DNA of 64,000 bases from a virus. Taxonomy: Duplodnaviria; Heunggongvirae; Uroviricota; Caudoviricetes. The DNA lies in the IMG/VR virus record IMGVR_UViG_3300013094_000021; one strand, written 5' to 3'. The notes beneath the pieces are model-generated. The model was not told where the DNA came from. It worked only from the letters and a program-made list of their open reading frames with translations, and did not search any database. Both the position numbers and the translations under genes were made by a program. Shown piece by piece: positions 10,548-20,168 of the stretch (position 1 is the stretch's first letter; each line of letters starts with the position of its first letter).

Positions 10548-10763
10548 ATGTTCTCAAACGCTAAAATTAAATTCACCAAAGGCAAAGCTATTATCGAAAT
10601 TCCAGAGAGCATTGCCAAGAAACTATATCCTAAACAGGAAAAGGAAGCCGATATTTTCCTGACAGTCACCAATGGAATTCTTCAAGGCTCCGCAAAGTCG
10701 CCAGATACCTTCATTCCGCTAACCGAGGTTACGGAAGAGGATTTTGTCAAGCAAAAAGATTGA
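10548..10763 (+). CDS. hypothetical protein
   Basis: 71-aa ORF behind consensus promoter. Confidence 0.35.
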   Translation: MFSNAKIKFTKGKAIIEIPESIAKKLYPKQEKEADIFLTVTNGILQGSAKSPDTFIPLTEVTEEDFVKQKD

Positions 10764-10849
10764 TAAATAATTAAAGGAGGGATAAAATTCAGAATAATCT
10801 TGACAATAAAAAACAAATCCTTTAATATAAACGGACGAATAAAAAAACA

Positions 10850-11713
10850 ATGAAAACCAATCTACGCAAAGCAACTAAAGACTTCATGCTCGGAACCGAC
10901 CCCGAACTATTGCTTTCTCACGGCGGACAACCTGCAAAGTTTTTCGGACAAGCCCATGGAAAATTCGGACTTGACGGGAACGGCAGAACTTGCGAATTGA
11001 GAGTTGACCCTTCCGCCAATCCTCTCGAATTGGTTTCTCAAATCCACACTCTTTTCAAGGATTATGCCAAGAAATATCCAGTCTCTCTTAAATTCAATTG
11101 GGATGCTGGCTCGTTTGTTCACGGCTTTCCTATCGGCGGACACGTTCATTTTGGCGTCTCAAAGTTCAACCTAGACCACGCAACCGCAAGCGAAGTTATT
11201 TCAAATTATTGTGGCGCGCTATCTCTATGTATTGAAGATACAAAAGAGGCGAAAAGCCGCCGTCAAATCAAGGAATATGGCGGCTATCACGATTTCAGAC
11301 CCCAAGCGCACGGTTTTGAACACCGCAGTTTTTCAAGCTGGCTAACCAGTCCGGCGGTTGCTTCGGCGGTTTTGTGCCTCTGCAAGACGGTAATGTTTGA
11401 AATGCTCAACAATAAAGCGTTTTCTCCTACTCAATATTTCGACGCCAATACCTTCCACAAGGTAGAAAAGCAAGACATTAAAAAGAAATTTCCTTACGTT
11501 TGGAAAGAAATAACCGAAATGCAGCTTTATCCTAGATACAAAAAGCACATTGACGTTATCCATTTTCTAATTACAAAAGATTTGAGTTGGTATCCTAAAA
11601 ACTCTCTTAAAGAGGTTTGGGGGCTAACAGAATTCGCAGTTAAGGAAGAGCGAAAGATGATTTCACTAGACGAAATTTGGAAAACCAACAACAAAAATGA
11701 GCATAATTTTTAA
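10850..11713 (+). CDS. YbdK/GCS2-like carboxylate-amine ligase (amidoligase)
   Basis: N-terminal GTDPELLL (GxDxE) and GGHVHFGV (HxHxG) motifs typical of glutamine-synthetase-like amidoligases; paralogue of 20169. Confidence 0.5.
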   Translation: MKTNLRKATKDFMLGTDPELLLSHGGQPAKFFGQAHGKFGLDGNGRTCELRVDPSANPLELVSQIHTLFKDYAKKYPVSLKFNWDAGSFVHGFPIGGHVHFGVSKFNLDHATASEVISNYCGALSLCIEDTKEAKSRRQIKEYGGYHDFRPQAHGFEHRSFSSWLTSPAVASAVLCLCKTVMFEMLNNKAFSPTQYFDANTFHKVEKQDIKKKFPYVWKEITEMQLYPRYKKHIDVIHFLITKDLSWYPKNSLKEVWGLTEFAVKEERKMISLDEIWKTNNKNEHNF

Positions 11714-12080
11714 ACAATCCGACTTCAATTTAGATAAAGTCAAAAAACTCTGCGCCTTTGGCGAGCAGAAACTTAAATTCAAATACTGGATTTACGGTTT
11801 GGGGGACTTTAATTCTAATCCGCCTGTTAAAATTGAACACAATTTTGAAATATTTAAAGAGGGTGGTCAAAAATCCATCTATAAATTTTTCAAAGGCAAC
11901 GGTATTGCCGTTCAATTTGAGGATAACAAAAAGGACGATTATATCAATATCGGCTTAAGAAAAGATGTTCGCGAAGACGTTTCGGTTTCCGCCGCCATCG
12001 TGAAAACTTTGATTCAATTCAATGAAGGCTTGATTGATTTAAACGAAAAGCCTGAAAAATTGGTTGGCATACCTAAATAA
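11697..12080 (+). CDS. hypothetical protein (paralogue of 29326..29742)
   Basis: shared SxDFNL... and IGLRxDxRxDxxxSAAIV segments with 29326 ORF. Confidence 0.45.
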   Translation: MSIIFKQSDFNLDKVKKLCAFGEQKLKFKYWIYGLGDFNSNPPVKIEHNFEIFKEGGQKSIYKFFKGNGIAVQFEDNKKDDYINIGLRKDVREDVSVSAAIVKTLIQFNEGLIDLNEKPEKLVGIPK

Positions 12081-12149
12081 ACAAACATAGAAAAAATCTT
12101 GACATTGAAAAATAATCCTTCATAATAAACTCAACAACAAAACAAATAT

Positions 12150-12602
12150 ATGGCTGAAAACAAAAAAACATTGGAACTGTGCAAACTAACAATTTCATCC
12201 TCCCCCGAAAGAGGTTTTGAAATCTTCCTTCAAAGCGAATATGACTTCAACAAGCTTTTCGCCGCCAAAGGTGATAAAACCTTCAATCTCGGCGGGGTAA
12301 AATGCGGCATTCCTCGCAATGGCGATGGCTATCAGTTGCAAGGTGTTAGAGGTTACTTCAACACCCATTCTGAAACATTTGAATACGAAGGTTTTCTCAA
12401 CCTTTCTCTCCTACTCGCCAAGGATATTAAAAACGGCGTAACCTTCAATTTCGGCGTTTTTCCTATCAGTCAGGAAAAGATTCAGCAATACGCAGAAAAC
12501 TTCAAGCAACAGGTTAAGATGATTTATCTGACCTACATGAAGACCATCAAATATTCGGTTGTTTTCAATACTGTCACGATTGAAGAAGAGCAACACGATT
12601 AA
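12150..12602 (+). CDS. hypothetical protein
   Basis: 150-aa ORF behind consensus promoter. Confidence 0.45.
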   Translation: MAENKKTLELCKLTISSSPERGFEIFLQSEYDFNKLFAAKGDKTFNLGGVKCGIPRNGDGYQLQGVRGYFNTHSETFEYEGFLNLSLLLAKDIKNGVTFNFGVFPISQEKIQQYAENFKQQVKMIYLTYMKTIKYSVVFNTVTIEEEQHD

Positions 12603-12610
12603 TCTTAAAT

Positions 12611-13528
12611 ATGTTCAAATTTATTGACAAAATCGGCCTTGAAATAGAAGGCGGGTGGAGCAAGTCTAGGAGCGACTTAACTCCCGACGGAAGCGTTAGA
12701 CTTCAAGACTTCGACGATTCAGAGGTTGCAATGTGCGGCGAGCTTATCAGCAAGCCATTCGCGTCAAAAGAACTTTGCGAGAAATTTATCTTGTCAAACT
12801 GGCCGACTTCCACGCAACCTAAATGCGGCTTTCATATCCACTTCTCTTTAAAGGATATCTCCTATTATGTCGCTTTAATGTCGCCGGAATTTCTAAATTA
12901 TTTTTGCGATAAAATGTCCGAATTCGGAAAAAGTTATCCAATTCAAAACGAGCAATTTTGGGACAGGCTCGCCGGAAACAACAAATTTTGTCGCAAAGCT
13001 TACGAAGGCGAATTTCAAATCAGAGCCAAGAAAAAGAATGACTGCAATAGATATACCATTCTTCATTATGCTTATGGAATTCATAAGACGATTGAATCAA
13101 GACTTCTTCCGACTTTTGTAAGCGCGGAAACTGCATTGGCGGCTTTTAACGCCACCATATCAATTGTAGAAGAATATCTATCTAAAAAAGAAATCAAGCC
13201 ATTCAACTTTAAAATCGAGGATAATGTCTCCAACGAAGACCATACCTTTGAAAAGCGCGACGAGGAAACTATTACAGCCGAAATTCCGAAACAAAAGCCG
13301 ATGACGAAATTTAATTTCTTTGAGGCTAAACTTGGAAAAAACAAGTCTATTCCCAATAGACTTAAAAATAAAAAGAATACTTATGAAGGCGGAAATTTTG
13401 TATCTGTTTTCACAGACTCATACAATAATGGCAACGAAACCCCAAAGTTTTCTTACAAAAAGGTAACAGCCTATGAGGACTATATAACCACCGAATTAAC
13501 TTCCACTCCTAGCGTTATTATTTATTGA
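12611..13528 (+). CDS. YbdK/GCS2-like amidoligase
   Basis: IGLEIEGGW (GxExE) and CGFHIHFSL (HxH) motifs; paralogue of 36252. Confidence 0.5.
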   Translation: MFKFIDKIGLEIEGGWSKSRSDLTPDGSVRLQDFDDSEVAMCGELISKPFASKELCEKFILSNWPTSTQPKCGFHIHFSLKDISYYVALMSPEFLNYFCDKMSEFGKSYPIQNEQFWDRLAGNNKFCRKAYEGEFQIRAKKKNDCNRYTILHYAYGIHKTIESRLLPTFVSAETALAAFNATISIVEEYLSKKEIKPFNFKIEDNVSNEDHTFEKRDEETITAEIPKQKPMTKFNFFEAKLGKNKSIPNRLKNKKNTYEGGNFVSVFTDSYNNGNETPKFSYKKVTAYEDYITTELTSTPSVIIY

Positions 13529-13569
13529 AGAATAATCGAAAATAAAAAAATTTAAACAAATAAAAAATC

Positions 13570-14457
13570 ATGTGCTTAATCGCTATCTGCGTAAAGAAAA
13601 AACCGTCCGCTGAAATCATCAGAGCCGGTTGGGAGTCGAACTCTCATGGTGCTGGCATAGCCTTTCTAAATCGAAAGACTAGACAGGCCGAATATTTGAA
13701 GTCAATTTCATCCGCCGATGATTTAATTAAAGTTGTCGAAGCTACTCCACTGCCATTTGTTTTGCATTTTAGGCTCGCATCGGTGGGCGGAAAAGACGAG
13801 TTGCTAACGCATCCTTTTGAAGTTACCGAAAAATCTGAATTAAAAAAATCCGGCTCTGCCGAAAAGCTTCTAATCCATAACGGAACTGAATCCGACTGGA
13901 AGAAATGTCTATTTGCCGCCGATATATCCTATGGCGACGATGAACCAATGTCAGACACTCGCGCGGTTGCGATGATTATTGCCAAAAATAAAAATAATCG
14001 CTTCCTCGAAATTGCCAGCGGTAAATACGTTGTCATTGGATTTGAGGATAAAAAAGATGATATCGGCATTAGATACTATGGAGATTTTGAAGAAAATGAC
14101 AGCATTCTTTATTCCAATACTTATTGGGAATACAGACTGAAAAAATCTCATCAAACTTATAGCGGAAATTTATATAATGGCGGCGGTCATTACAAAAAAT
14201 CAAGATATGATGATGACGATTGGCGCGGAGACAGTAACTATTACGGTCATGGCAGCGGTAATAATCATAGCTCACATCAAACTCAAATTGACAGAGCCGA
14301 TAAAACCACTTCTAAATCGCAGTCATTTGACTTCACCGACGATTATAAGAAGAAACGCAAAGCTTGGTGGGACAAAAAATTAAATAAAGTCAAATTGAAC
14401 ACTCAACAAACGGAGAAAGCCGAAGAAGACGAACTTTTTCTAGGCTGCGGATGCTAA
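13570..14457 (+). CDS. class-II (Ntn) glutamine amidotransferase-like protein with low-complexity Gly/Tyr/Asp tail
   Basis: N-terminal Met-Cys (MCLIAI), NSHGAG, HNGTESDW as in GAT-II/YafJ family. Confidence 0.5.
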   Translation: MCLIAICVKKKPSAEIIRAGWESNSHGAGIAFLNRKTRQAEYLKSISSADDLIKVVEATPLPFVLHFRLASVGGKDELLTHPFEVTEKSELKKSGSAEKLLIHNGTESDWKKCLFAADISYGDDEPMSDTRAVAMIIAKNKNNRFLEIASGKYVVIGFEDKKDDIGIRYYGDFEENDSILYSNTYWEYRLKKSHQTYSGNLYNGGGHYKKSRYDDDDWRGDSNYYGHGSGNNHSSHQTQIDRADKTTSKSQSFDFTDDYKKKRKAWWDKKLNKVKLNTQQTEKAEEDELFLGCGC

Positions 14458-14522
14458 AAAAACTTGACATAAACAAAAAAAACTTTAATATATATCAAAC
14501 GACAAAACAATAAACAAAAAAA

Positions 14523-15131
14523 ATGAAAACGAAATCTGTTAAAACCACGAAAAAGTCAGCCGCAAAGACCAAAAGCCAGCCGAAGATGAAAATCGCCGTG
14601 CTTTCCTTTGGAAACCTTATGAAACGCTCCAAAGGCATTGTTACTGCCGATGGATGGAAGAAAAACGGGCCGAAGCTTCCGGTTGAATTCTGCCGCATCG
14701 CCAAAGCCGGTCACTTGGCTCTGGCGATTTCCGAAAACAACGGCGTCTTGAACAAATCTTTTTACGCCCAATCCAACAAAAAGACTCTTAATGACGCAAT
14801 TCCAGAAATTGCCGCCAGAGAAGGAATTTCCGAGGAATTGCTTGGCGTAGTTGACGTTAAAAACGAAAGAGCGAACGAGAAGGCTTCCAATACTCCAGCG
14901 GTAACGAAGGAGATTGTCGCTTGGGCGAAAAAGAACAAATTCGACGCCGTTATTTTTAACGGTTTGTCTCAAAAGTTCAAGGATAAAATCAATGTTCCTT
15001 TCTCGGTTGGTGCAGCCGTAAATTACGTTAATGGCTTGAGCGGAAAAACTCGCAAGCTCGCAGAAGACTATATCAAAGGAATTCCGAAGGAAATTCAGAC
15101 TCCTTTCAGAACCGTCTGGAACGAAATGTAA
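14523..15131 (+). CDS. hypothetical protein with lysine-rich histone-H1-like N-terminus
   Basis: MKTKSVKTTKKSAAKTKSQPK...; followed by intrinsic terminator. Confidence 0.5.
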   Translation: MKTKSVKTTKKSAAKTKSQPKMKIAVLSFGNLMKRSKGIVTADGWKKNGPKLPVEFCRIAKAGHLALAISENNGVLNKSFYAQSNKKTLNDAIPEIAAREGISEELLGVVDVKNERANEKASNTPAVTKEIVAWAKKNKFDAVIFNGLSQKFKDKINVPFSVGAAVNYVNGLSGKTRKLAEDYIKGIPKEIQTPFRTVWNEM

Positions 15132-15146
15132 GTTTAGCTAAACAAG

Positions 15147-15182
15147 TCCGCCGGAAACATTAATTCCGGCGGATTTTTTTTA
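15147..15182 (+). terminator. rho-independent terminator
   Basis: tccgccgg-aaacattaatt-ccggcgga followed by T8. Confidence 0.6.
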
Positions 15183-15258
15183 AAAAGGCTTGACTAACGA
15201 AAAAAATCCTTTAAGATATAACCAGTTAATCGAAACAATCTAAAAAAATAAAAAAATC

Positions 15259-16101
15259 ATGTGCCGAATCGCAATTTTCCACAATTCAATTAAACGCTCC
15301 GAAGCTATCTCTATCTTGGAGAATATGCTTGGCGCAAACACACACGGGTGCGGCGAAGCCTATATAAAGGACGGCAAGTTTGTAGTTAATAAATACGCTC
15401 TTTCTCTAACGAATGTTTTGAAGCGCGGCAAACCATTCCTTAATCATCTTGGCGGACACCAAGGCTATACATTAGTCCATCTTCGCGCGGTTAGTGTCGG
15501 CGTTATTTGCCGCGATAATAGCCATCCTTTTGTATCTATGAACGGCAGAATTTGCCTAGTTCATAATGGAACTTGGAAGCAACATCGCCCACTTAATATG
15601 TATCTTCAAACCTGCTTGGGCTATAAATCCACTACTGACACGGCAGCAGCTACCGAATTGATTTCCAGAATTGGCGGCGAAGACTTTACCGAATCATTTG
15701 ATGACGCTGGCGTATTTTGTTTTTTAAATCAAAAAGGCGAGTTGCATATTTCAAAAACTAGCGGACAACTTGCAATTACTCGCCGCGAAGACAAATCAAT
15801 TTTGATTGCTTCCGAATTGGATGACGATAAGTATAAAAATCAAGAATTCGCAAGAGGTTATTACAAATTCGATTTGAACGCAAAAGTTATCAAATACAAG
15901 CCCAAAGAATACCATTGGCAAGGTCAATCATTCTCTGGCGGCAGTCGCGGATATGGAGTCTCCGATTGGTATCAAAGAACCTACGGACACGGTGCATTGC
16001 CAGCGCATTATCATGGCGAATCCAATCTTAAATATGATGCCGAAACCAATAATTTCGTTAGACAACCTAATGGCGGCATGGCTTACATGGGCGACGAATA
16101 A
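15259..16101 (+). CDS. class-II (Ntn) glutamine amidotransferase-like protein (second copy)
   Basis: MCRIAI N-terminus, HGCGEA, CLVHNGTW; Gly/Tyr-rich C-terminus. Confidence 0.5.
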   Translation: MCRIAIFHNSIKRSEAISILENMLGANTHGCGEAYIKDGKFVVNKYALSLTNVLKRGKPFLNHLGGHQGYTLVHLRAVSVGVICRDNSHPFVSMNGRICLVHNGTWKQHRPLNMYLQTCLGYKSTTDTAAATELISRIGGEDFTESFDDAGVFCFLNQKGELHISKTSGQLAITRREDKSILIASELDDDKYKNQEFARGYYKFDLNAKVIKYKPKEYHWQGQSFSGGSRGYGVSDWYQRTYGHGALPAHYHGESNLKYDAETNNFVRQPNGGMAYMGDE

Positions 16102-16122
16102 AAAACAAATAATAGAACTAAT

Positions 16123-16977
16123 ATGGCTCGAAAACTAGACATAATCGCCGTTACCATTCCATCGGAGGAAAAAAGCGTTAAAAGACTTGGCTTTAACACC
16201 AGAGTCAATATTTACGAAAGAATTGAAGAATTTTACGCTCGCAATCCATACGCCGTAGTCATTCGATTTGGAAATTCTGTTAAATTAAACAATAGAAATT
16301 TCAAACCAGAGGAATTCGGGTATGTCGTTAATCATGCCGACAAAATAGCGGAAAACTGCGACAAGCGCGGCTCACTCGCTCGTCTTTCTAGCGTTGTATT
16401 GACCCCGCGAGTTTACACAGGCAAAGTTAATGTAAATAAACTTTTGGTCATTCGCCCCAACTCTCATAGCTCCGGCAGCGGTTTTAGAGTTCAAAAAGGA
16501 CCCGTTGTTTTAGATAACAACCATCACGCATTGGAATACATCAAAAGCAAGACCGAATTAAGAGTTTGGTTTTGCGGCAATAGCTGCGTCACCGCCAAAA
16601 GAATCAGCGAAAAACACAAAAATGACAAATTTCCTTGTCGCTCTAAATGGGGATATCTTTTCAGAAAGACGAATCCGACTTTAAGAAGGCAGGTATTGAA
16701 GGCGGCGAAGGTTCTTGATTTGCAATTCGGCGCATTTGATATCATTGTCAAGGATAATAAATTCTATTTCCTAGAAAATAACTCTGCCCCAACTTTTGAC
16801 AATAAAAAGATAATTAAATTTTACAAATCGAATCTTATTAAATTGGTTAATAAAAAATTCCCTAAAATCACGAAATACAAAAAAGAGCAATTCATTTCTC
16901 TTTCTAGTATCTTTGGCTCGCTAAAACCTTCTATTATTAACTCTCTTAAGAATTTAGGAGTTAAAGTGAATGGATAA
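16123..16977 (+). CDS. ATP-grasp ligase (RimK-like)
   Basis: LLVIRPNSHSSGSGFRV, ELRVWFCGNSCV, FGAFDIIVKDNKFYFLENNSAP match ATP-grasp nucleotide-binding motifs. Confidence 0.6.
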   Translation: MARKLDIIAVTIPSEEKSVKRLGFNTRVNIYERIEEFYARNPYAVVIRFGNSVKLNNRNFKPEEFGYVVNHADKIAENCDKRGSLARLSSVVLTPRVYTGKVNVNKLLVIRPNSHSSGSGFRVQKGPVVLDNNHHALEYIKSKTELRVWFCGNSCVTAKRISEKHKNDKFPCRSKWGYLFRKTNPTLRRQVLKAAKVLDLQFGAFDIIVKDNKFYFLENNSAPTFDNKKIIKFYKSNLIKLVNKKFPKITKYKKEQFISLSSIFGSLKPSIINSLKNLGVKVNG

Positions 16978-17368
16978 TAAAATTTTCACCAAAATACCAG
17001 TTTCTAAAAAACTGTTTGGTTCCACCAATGAATTTTCCTTTTCGCTTAAACCTTCAAGTCTAGGCGGCGTTGGAGTATTCGCAAATCACGGAATAAAAAA
17101 GGGAACTAGGCTATCTCTTTTCTATTCTAATGTCAGAATTCTAAAAAAAAATAAGGTAAAAGGCAATCTGAAAAAATTCTGTTTGTTTTTTGGCGTTGAA
17201 ACCAAAAACGAATATCACATACCAAGAAATTTTGGAAGAATGGATATCGGATGGTATCTAAACCATTGCGATTCTTTTAACGCAATTCACGACAAGTATT
17301 ATAGATATTTCGCGTCAAAAGATATTCAATCCGGCGAAGAGGTTACGATTAATTACTCTGATTTATGA
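16970..17368 (+). CDS. SET-domain protein (putative lysine methyltransferase)
   Basis: GGVGVFANHGIKKGT, LNHCDSFNA (NHSCxPN-like), GEEVTINYSDL (GEELTxxY-like). Confidence 0.55.
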   Translation: MDNKIFTKIPVSKKLFGSTNEFSFSLKPSSLGGVGVFANHGIKKGTRLSLFYSNVRILKKNKVKGNLKKFCLFFGVETKNEYHIPRNFGRMDIGWYLNHCDSFNAIHDKYYRYFASKDIQSGEEVTINYSDL

Positions 17369-17850
17369 AAAATATTATTAAACAAAAACATTTTAATACA
17401 ATCTATTTGGGCGGGCCAAAAAACGAGATTGAAACTCTGAATTTCTCTCTTTATAATTTCAATCAGAGATTTAATAGTGATTTAATCGAAATGTCAGACG
17501 ATTTCTTTTATTTTATAACCACTGAAAAGGATTACATTAAAGCCAGAGCAAGGAATATCCACTTTAATTGTAAATTAGACTTTGATACCGGAGACAAAAG
17601 AAAGAATTTTCTATCTACTTTGAAAGTTAGAAGAATTTGCAATCAAAAAGCCAAAAAAGAATTCGATGGCATCAAAGAGGAAAGCTTTGTAGTTCCATAC
17701 GAATCATCCTTCAATGAGTATTCATTTGGAAAAATTGTCAACAAATTAAGTGAAGTAAACTTAAAAGAGGATGAAACCAAGTTTGAGGTTGGCATTAAAA
17801 TTGAAGAAATTAACGATTCCGACGACGAATCAGAAGAAGAAAAGATTTGA
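17365..17850 (+). CDS. hypothetical protein with poly-acidic C-terminal tail
   Basis: ends ...EEINDSDDESEEEKI. Confidence 0.45.
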   Translation: MKNIIKQKHFNTIYLGGPKNEIETLNFSLYNFNQRFNSDLIEMSDDFFYFITTEKDYIKARARNIHFNCKLDFDTGDKRKNFLSTLKVRRICNQKAKKEFDGIKEESFVVPYESSFNEYSFGKIVNKLSEVNLKEDETKFEVGIKIEEINDSDDESEEEKI

Positions 17851-17901
17851 CAATATAAAAAAATTCTTTAATATAAATACATAAATAAAAACACAAAAAC
17901 T

Positions 17902-18189
17902 ATGAATACAATCCGCGAATTCCGCCAAAACAAATTCAAGATTAAGGTAACTCATTTTCGCCGCATTTCCGGCGAAACCGACTTGGTTAGCCTTTTTAAT
18001 ATCCGCGAGAAAAAGCTTCAAAATCGCATCCTTCCGCGCGGCGGGGCAACCGTTTTGGACGTAACCACTCCAGAAAAGAAAGATTTGAGAATTGAGGCAA
18101 AATGCTCCTCAAAAGATTCATTTAACAAAAAAATCGCTATTTCCGTTCTTATCGGACGCTTGAATAAGCAAATCGAAGCAAATAATTAG
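17902..18189 (+). CDS. hypothetical protein
   Basis: 95-aa ORF behind consensus promoter. Confidence 0.4.
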   Translation: MNTIREFRQNKFKIKVTHFRRISGETDLVSLFNIREKKLQNRILPRGGATVLDVTTPEKKDLRIEAKCSSKDSFNKKIAISVLIGRLNKQIEANN

Positions 18190-18198
18190 TCTTTTTTT

Positions 18199-18792
18199 AT
18201 GTATTATTGCCACGCGATATACAAAACCTATTTAAACGGGCAGGTCAAAAATGATTATAGCAAATGTCACGCCTCATGCTTCTCTAGTCTTGGCTACTAT
18301 CCAGACAGAAGCGGACGGACGCCTTTAGACTTGGTTGAGGTTACTTTTGATTCAATTGGCGAACTAACCAAGGAGCAAATTAACTTTTATTATGGCTTTC
18401 TAAAGGAAATCACTGCTGGCGATGACTATTCATTTTCCTACGAATTCAAAGACAAAAATCTTGAAGTATCTCTAAAAACTAATCCAAAAAACTTTGAATC
18501 AAGATATAAGGCTCTTCTCTATTTAACCGCCTTAAGATACGTTCAGGAATATCCAGAAATAGTTAAGGCTCTTATCGCGCACAAAGACGAGCCTATCGAA
18601 ATTAAATTTGATAAATTTCAGGAAATTCACGAATTAGCATCCAACGGAAAAATCAGACTCGTAAAATACGGAAATTTAGCCGGACACGGATTAATGTATA
18701 AAATGTATAGCAAAGAAAGAATTGATTTAAATAAATTCAAAAATAACCTGAAATCTTCATTAAAAGACTCGGTGAATTCATATTTCACTTGA
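18199..18792 (+). CDS. hypothetical protein
   Basis: 197-aa ORF. Confidence 0.45.
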   Translation: MYYCHAIYKTYLNGQVKNDYSKCHASCFSSLGYYPDRSGRTPLDLVEVTFDSIGELTKEQINFYYGFLKEITAGDDYSFSYEFKDKNLEVSLKTNPKNFESRYKALLYLTALRYVQEYPEIVKALIAHKDEPIEIKFDKFQEIHELASNGKIRLVKYGNLAGHGLMYKMYSKERIDLNKFKNNLKSSLKDSVNSYFT

Positions 18793-18828
18793 CAATTAAA
18801 CTTTAAACCTTAAAATATTAAAAAATAT

Positions 18829-19395
18829 ATGATATCTAAAGAAACACTGGAAATGAAAAATCCATACGCGGACGCCGGAAACGGATATTTCACTGTTTAC
18901 GACCCCAAGACCAAAACCAATATTGACAATATTCATTCCTGCCGAGAAACCTTCTCGTCATTTTTGAACTCTTTGAGTGCCGAGCGCCGAGAATTCATCG
19001 GATTCTCTCTTGTCGGCGTAAACATTGAGACGATGGAAAAGTTTATGTCCATTCTTGAAGGCGAAAAACTCAAACTCAAAGAAAAGAGTGTCCTTTACAG
19101 AACCAATCTGAAAAATTACGTTATCATCAAGCCCTCTAGCTTTTGGATGCAAAACGTGACTAGACGCGATATTTTCACCATCTTCCTTCGCTCTGCGCCT
19201 AAAATGCAGGATGGAGACGGAAAAAAGATTCTTCCCGCCGTCCTGCGCTATAATCTTGGTGCGGCGGTAGTGATGGCGATTGTCCATTTTATGAGAGGTA
19301 ATGTCAATCCGACTTACGGAAACAGCTACAGCGGATTTGTCAATAAATTCCAAAACATGAAGCCCGCCGAATTGGAGAAGGCGTTAGTTCATTAA
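18829..19395 (+). CDS. hypothetical protein (paralogue of 19404..20027)
   Basis: shared SCRE(T/L)F..., KLKLKEK, RR(D/E)IF(T/S)... blocks. Confidence 0.45.
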   Translation: MISKETLEMKNPYADAGNGYFTVYDPKTKTNIDNIHSCRETFSSFLNSLSAERREFIGFSLVGVNIETMEKFMSILEGEKLKLKEKSVLYRTNLKNYVIIKPSSFWMQNVTRRDIFTIFLRSAPKMQDGDGKKILPAVLRYNLGAAVVMAIVHFMRGNVNPTYGNSYSGFVNKFQNMKPAELEKALVH

Positions 19396-19403
19396 TTAAA
19401 TTT

Positions 19404-20027
19404 ATGATTTCCGATAAAACTTTCTTGTTTTCAAATTACAACGAATACGTTCCTAGCGTTGGCGTTCACTGCGGATTTGGATTAATCTCCAAAGAACTTC
19501 AAGGGAAATATTTTACCTCCTGCCGAGAATTGTTTCACGAAGATTGGGGTTGCAGATATGTAAAATCAATGATGGACAATTCCATAATTGTATTTAAAAA
19601 CCATTTCGATTTAAATAAAATTAATAAATTCTTCAATATCGTCCATCGAAAATTAAAATTGAAGGAAAAAATCATCTTCTATAAATCCAACATTGCGGCT
19701 AAATCATCCTTTGTAGTTTCAGTTCCTAAATTTTGGAGAAAGAATGATGTTCGCAGAGAGATTTTCTCTGTTTTAATGCGCGCTGCGTGTATGTATAACG
19801 GCTCCGAAAGCCTTAATAAATGCCTTTCAAGATACATTCAAATTCGCCACGTTATTCATCCAATCAAACATTTTCTAAATGGAAATGTAAATCTTGGAAT
19901 AAAAGTTAGTCTTTACAATGGCTATAATAATGGATTCATTTCTACTTTCGAGAGCGTGGGAAAAGACGAAATCAAATCAATTCTTGTAAAAAGAAAAAAA
20001 ATCGAAAGCAAAAAAGTCTTGACTTAA
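19404..20027 (+). CDS. hypothetical protein (paralogue of 18829..19395)
   Basis: see above. Confidence 0.45.
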   Translation: MISDKTFLFSNYNEYVPSVGVHCGFGLISKELQGKYFTSCRELFHEDWGCRYVKSMMDNSIIVFKNHFDLNKINKFFNIVHRKLKLKEKIIFYKSNIAAKSSFVVSVPKFWRKNDVRREIFSVLMRAACMYNGSESLNKCLSRYIQIRHVIHPIKHFLNGNVNLGIKVSLYNGYNNGFISTFESVGKDEIKSILVKRKKIESKKVLT

Positions 20028-20168
20028 TAAAAAAACTCTTTATTATAAATCTATGGTTTACGTTAAAAATCTACAACTTGGCAGTTCGGTTTGTGTTGTC
20101 CATGATTGTTTTAACCAATGCCATATTTAACGTAAGCCTGAAATTTAAACAAAAAAATAAATAAAACC

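Noticed and set aside
14556-14972. Minus-strand ORFs (for example 14556..14972, 50220..50609, 62176..62520, 63028..63396, 8721..9092) as real genes
   Set aside because: All lie antisense inside + strand ORFs that have recognisable domains or consensus promoters. They have low-complexity alternative-frame composition, so they were treated as spurious.
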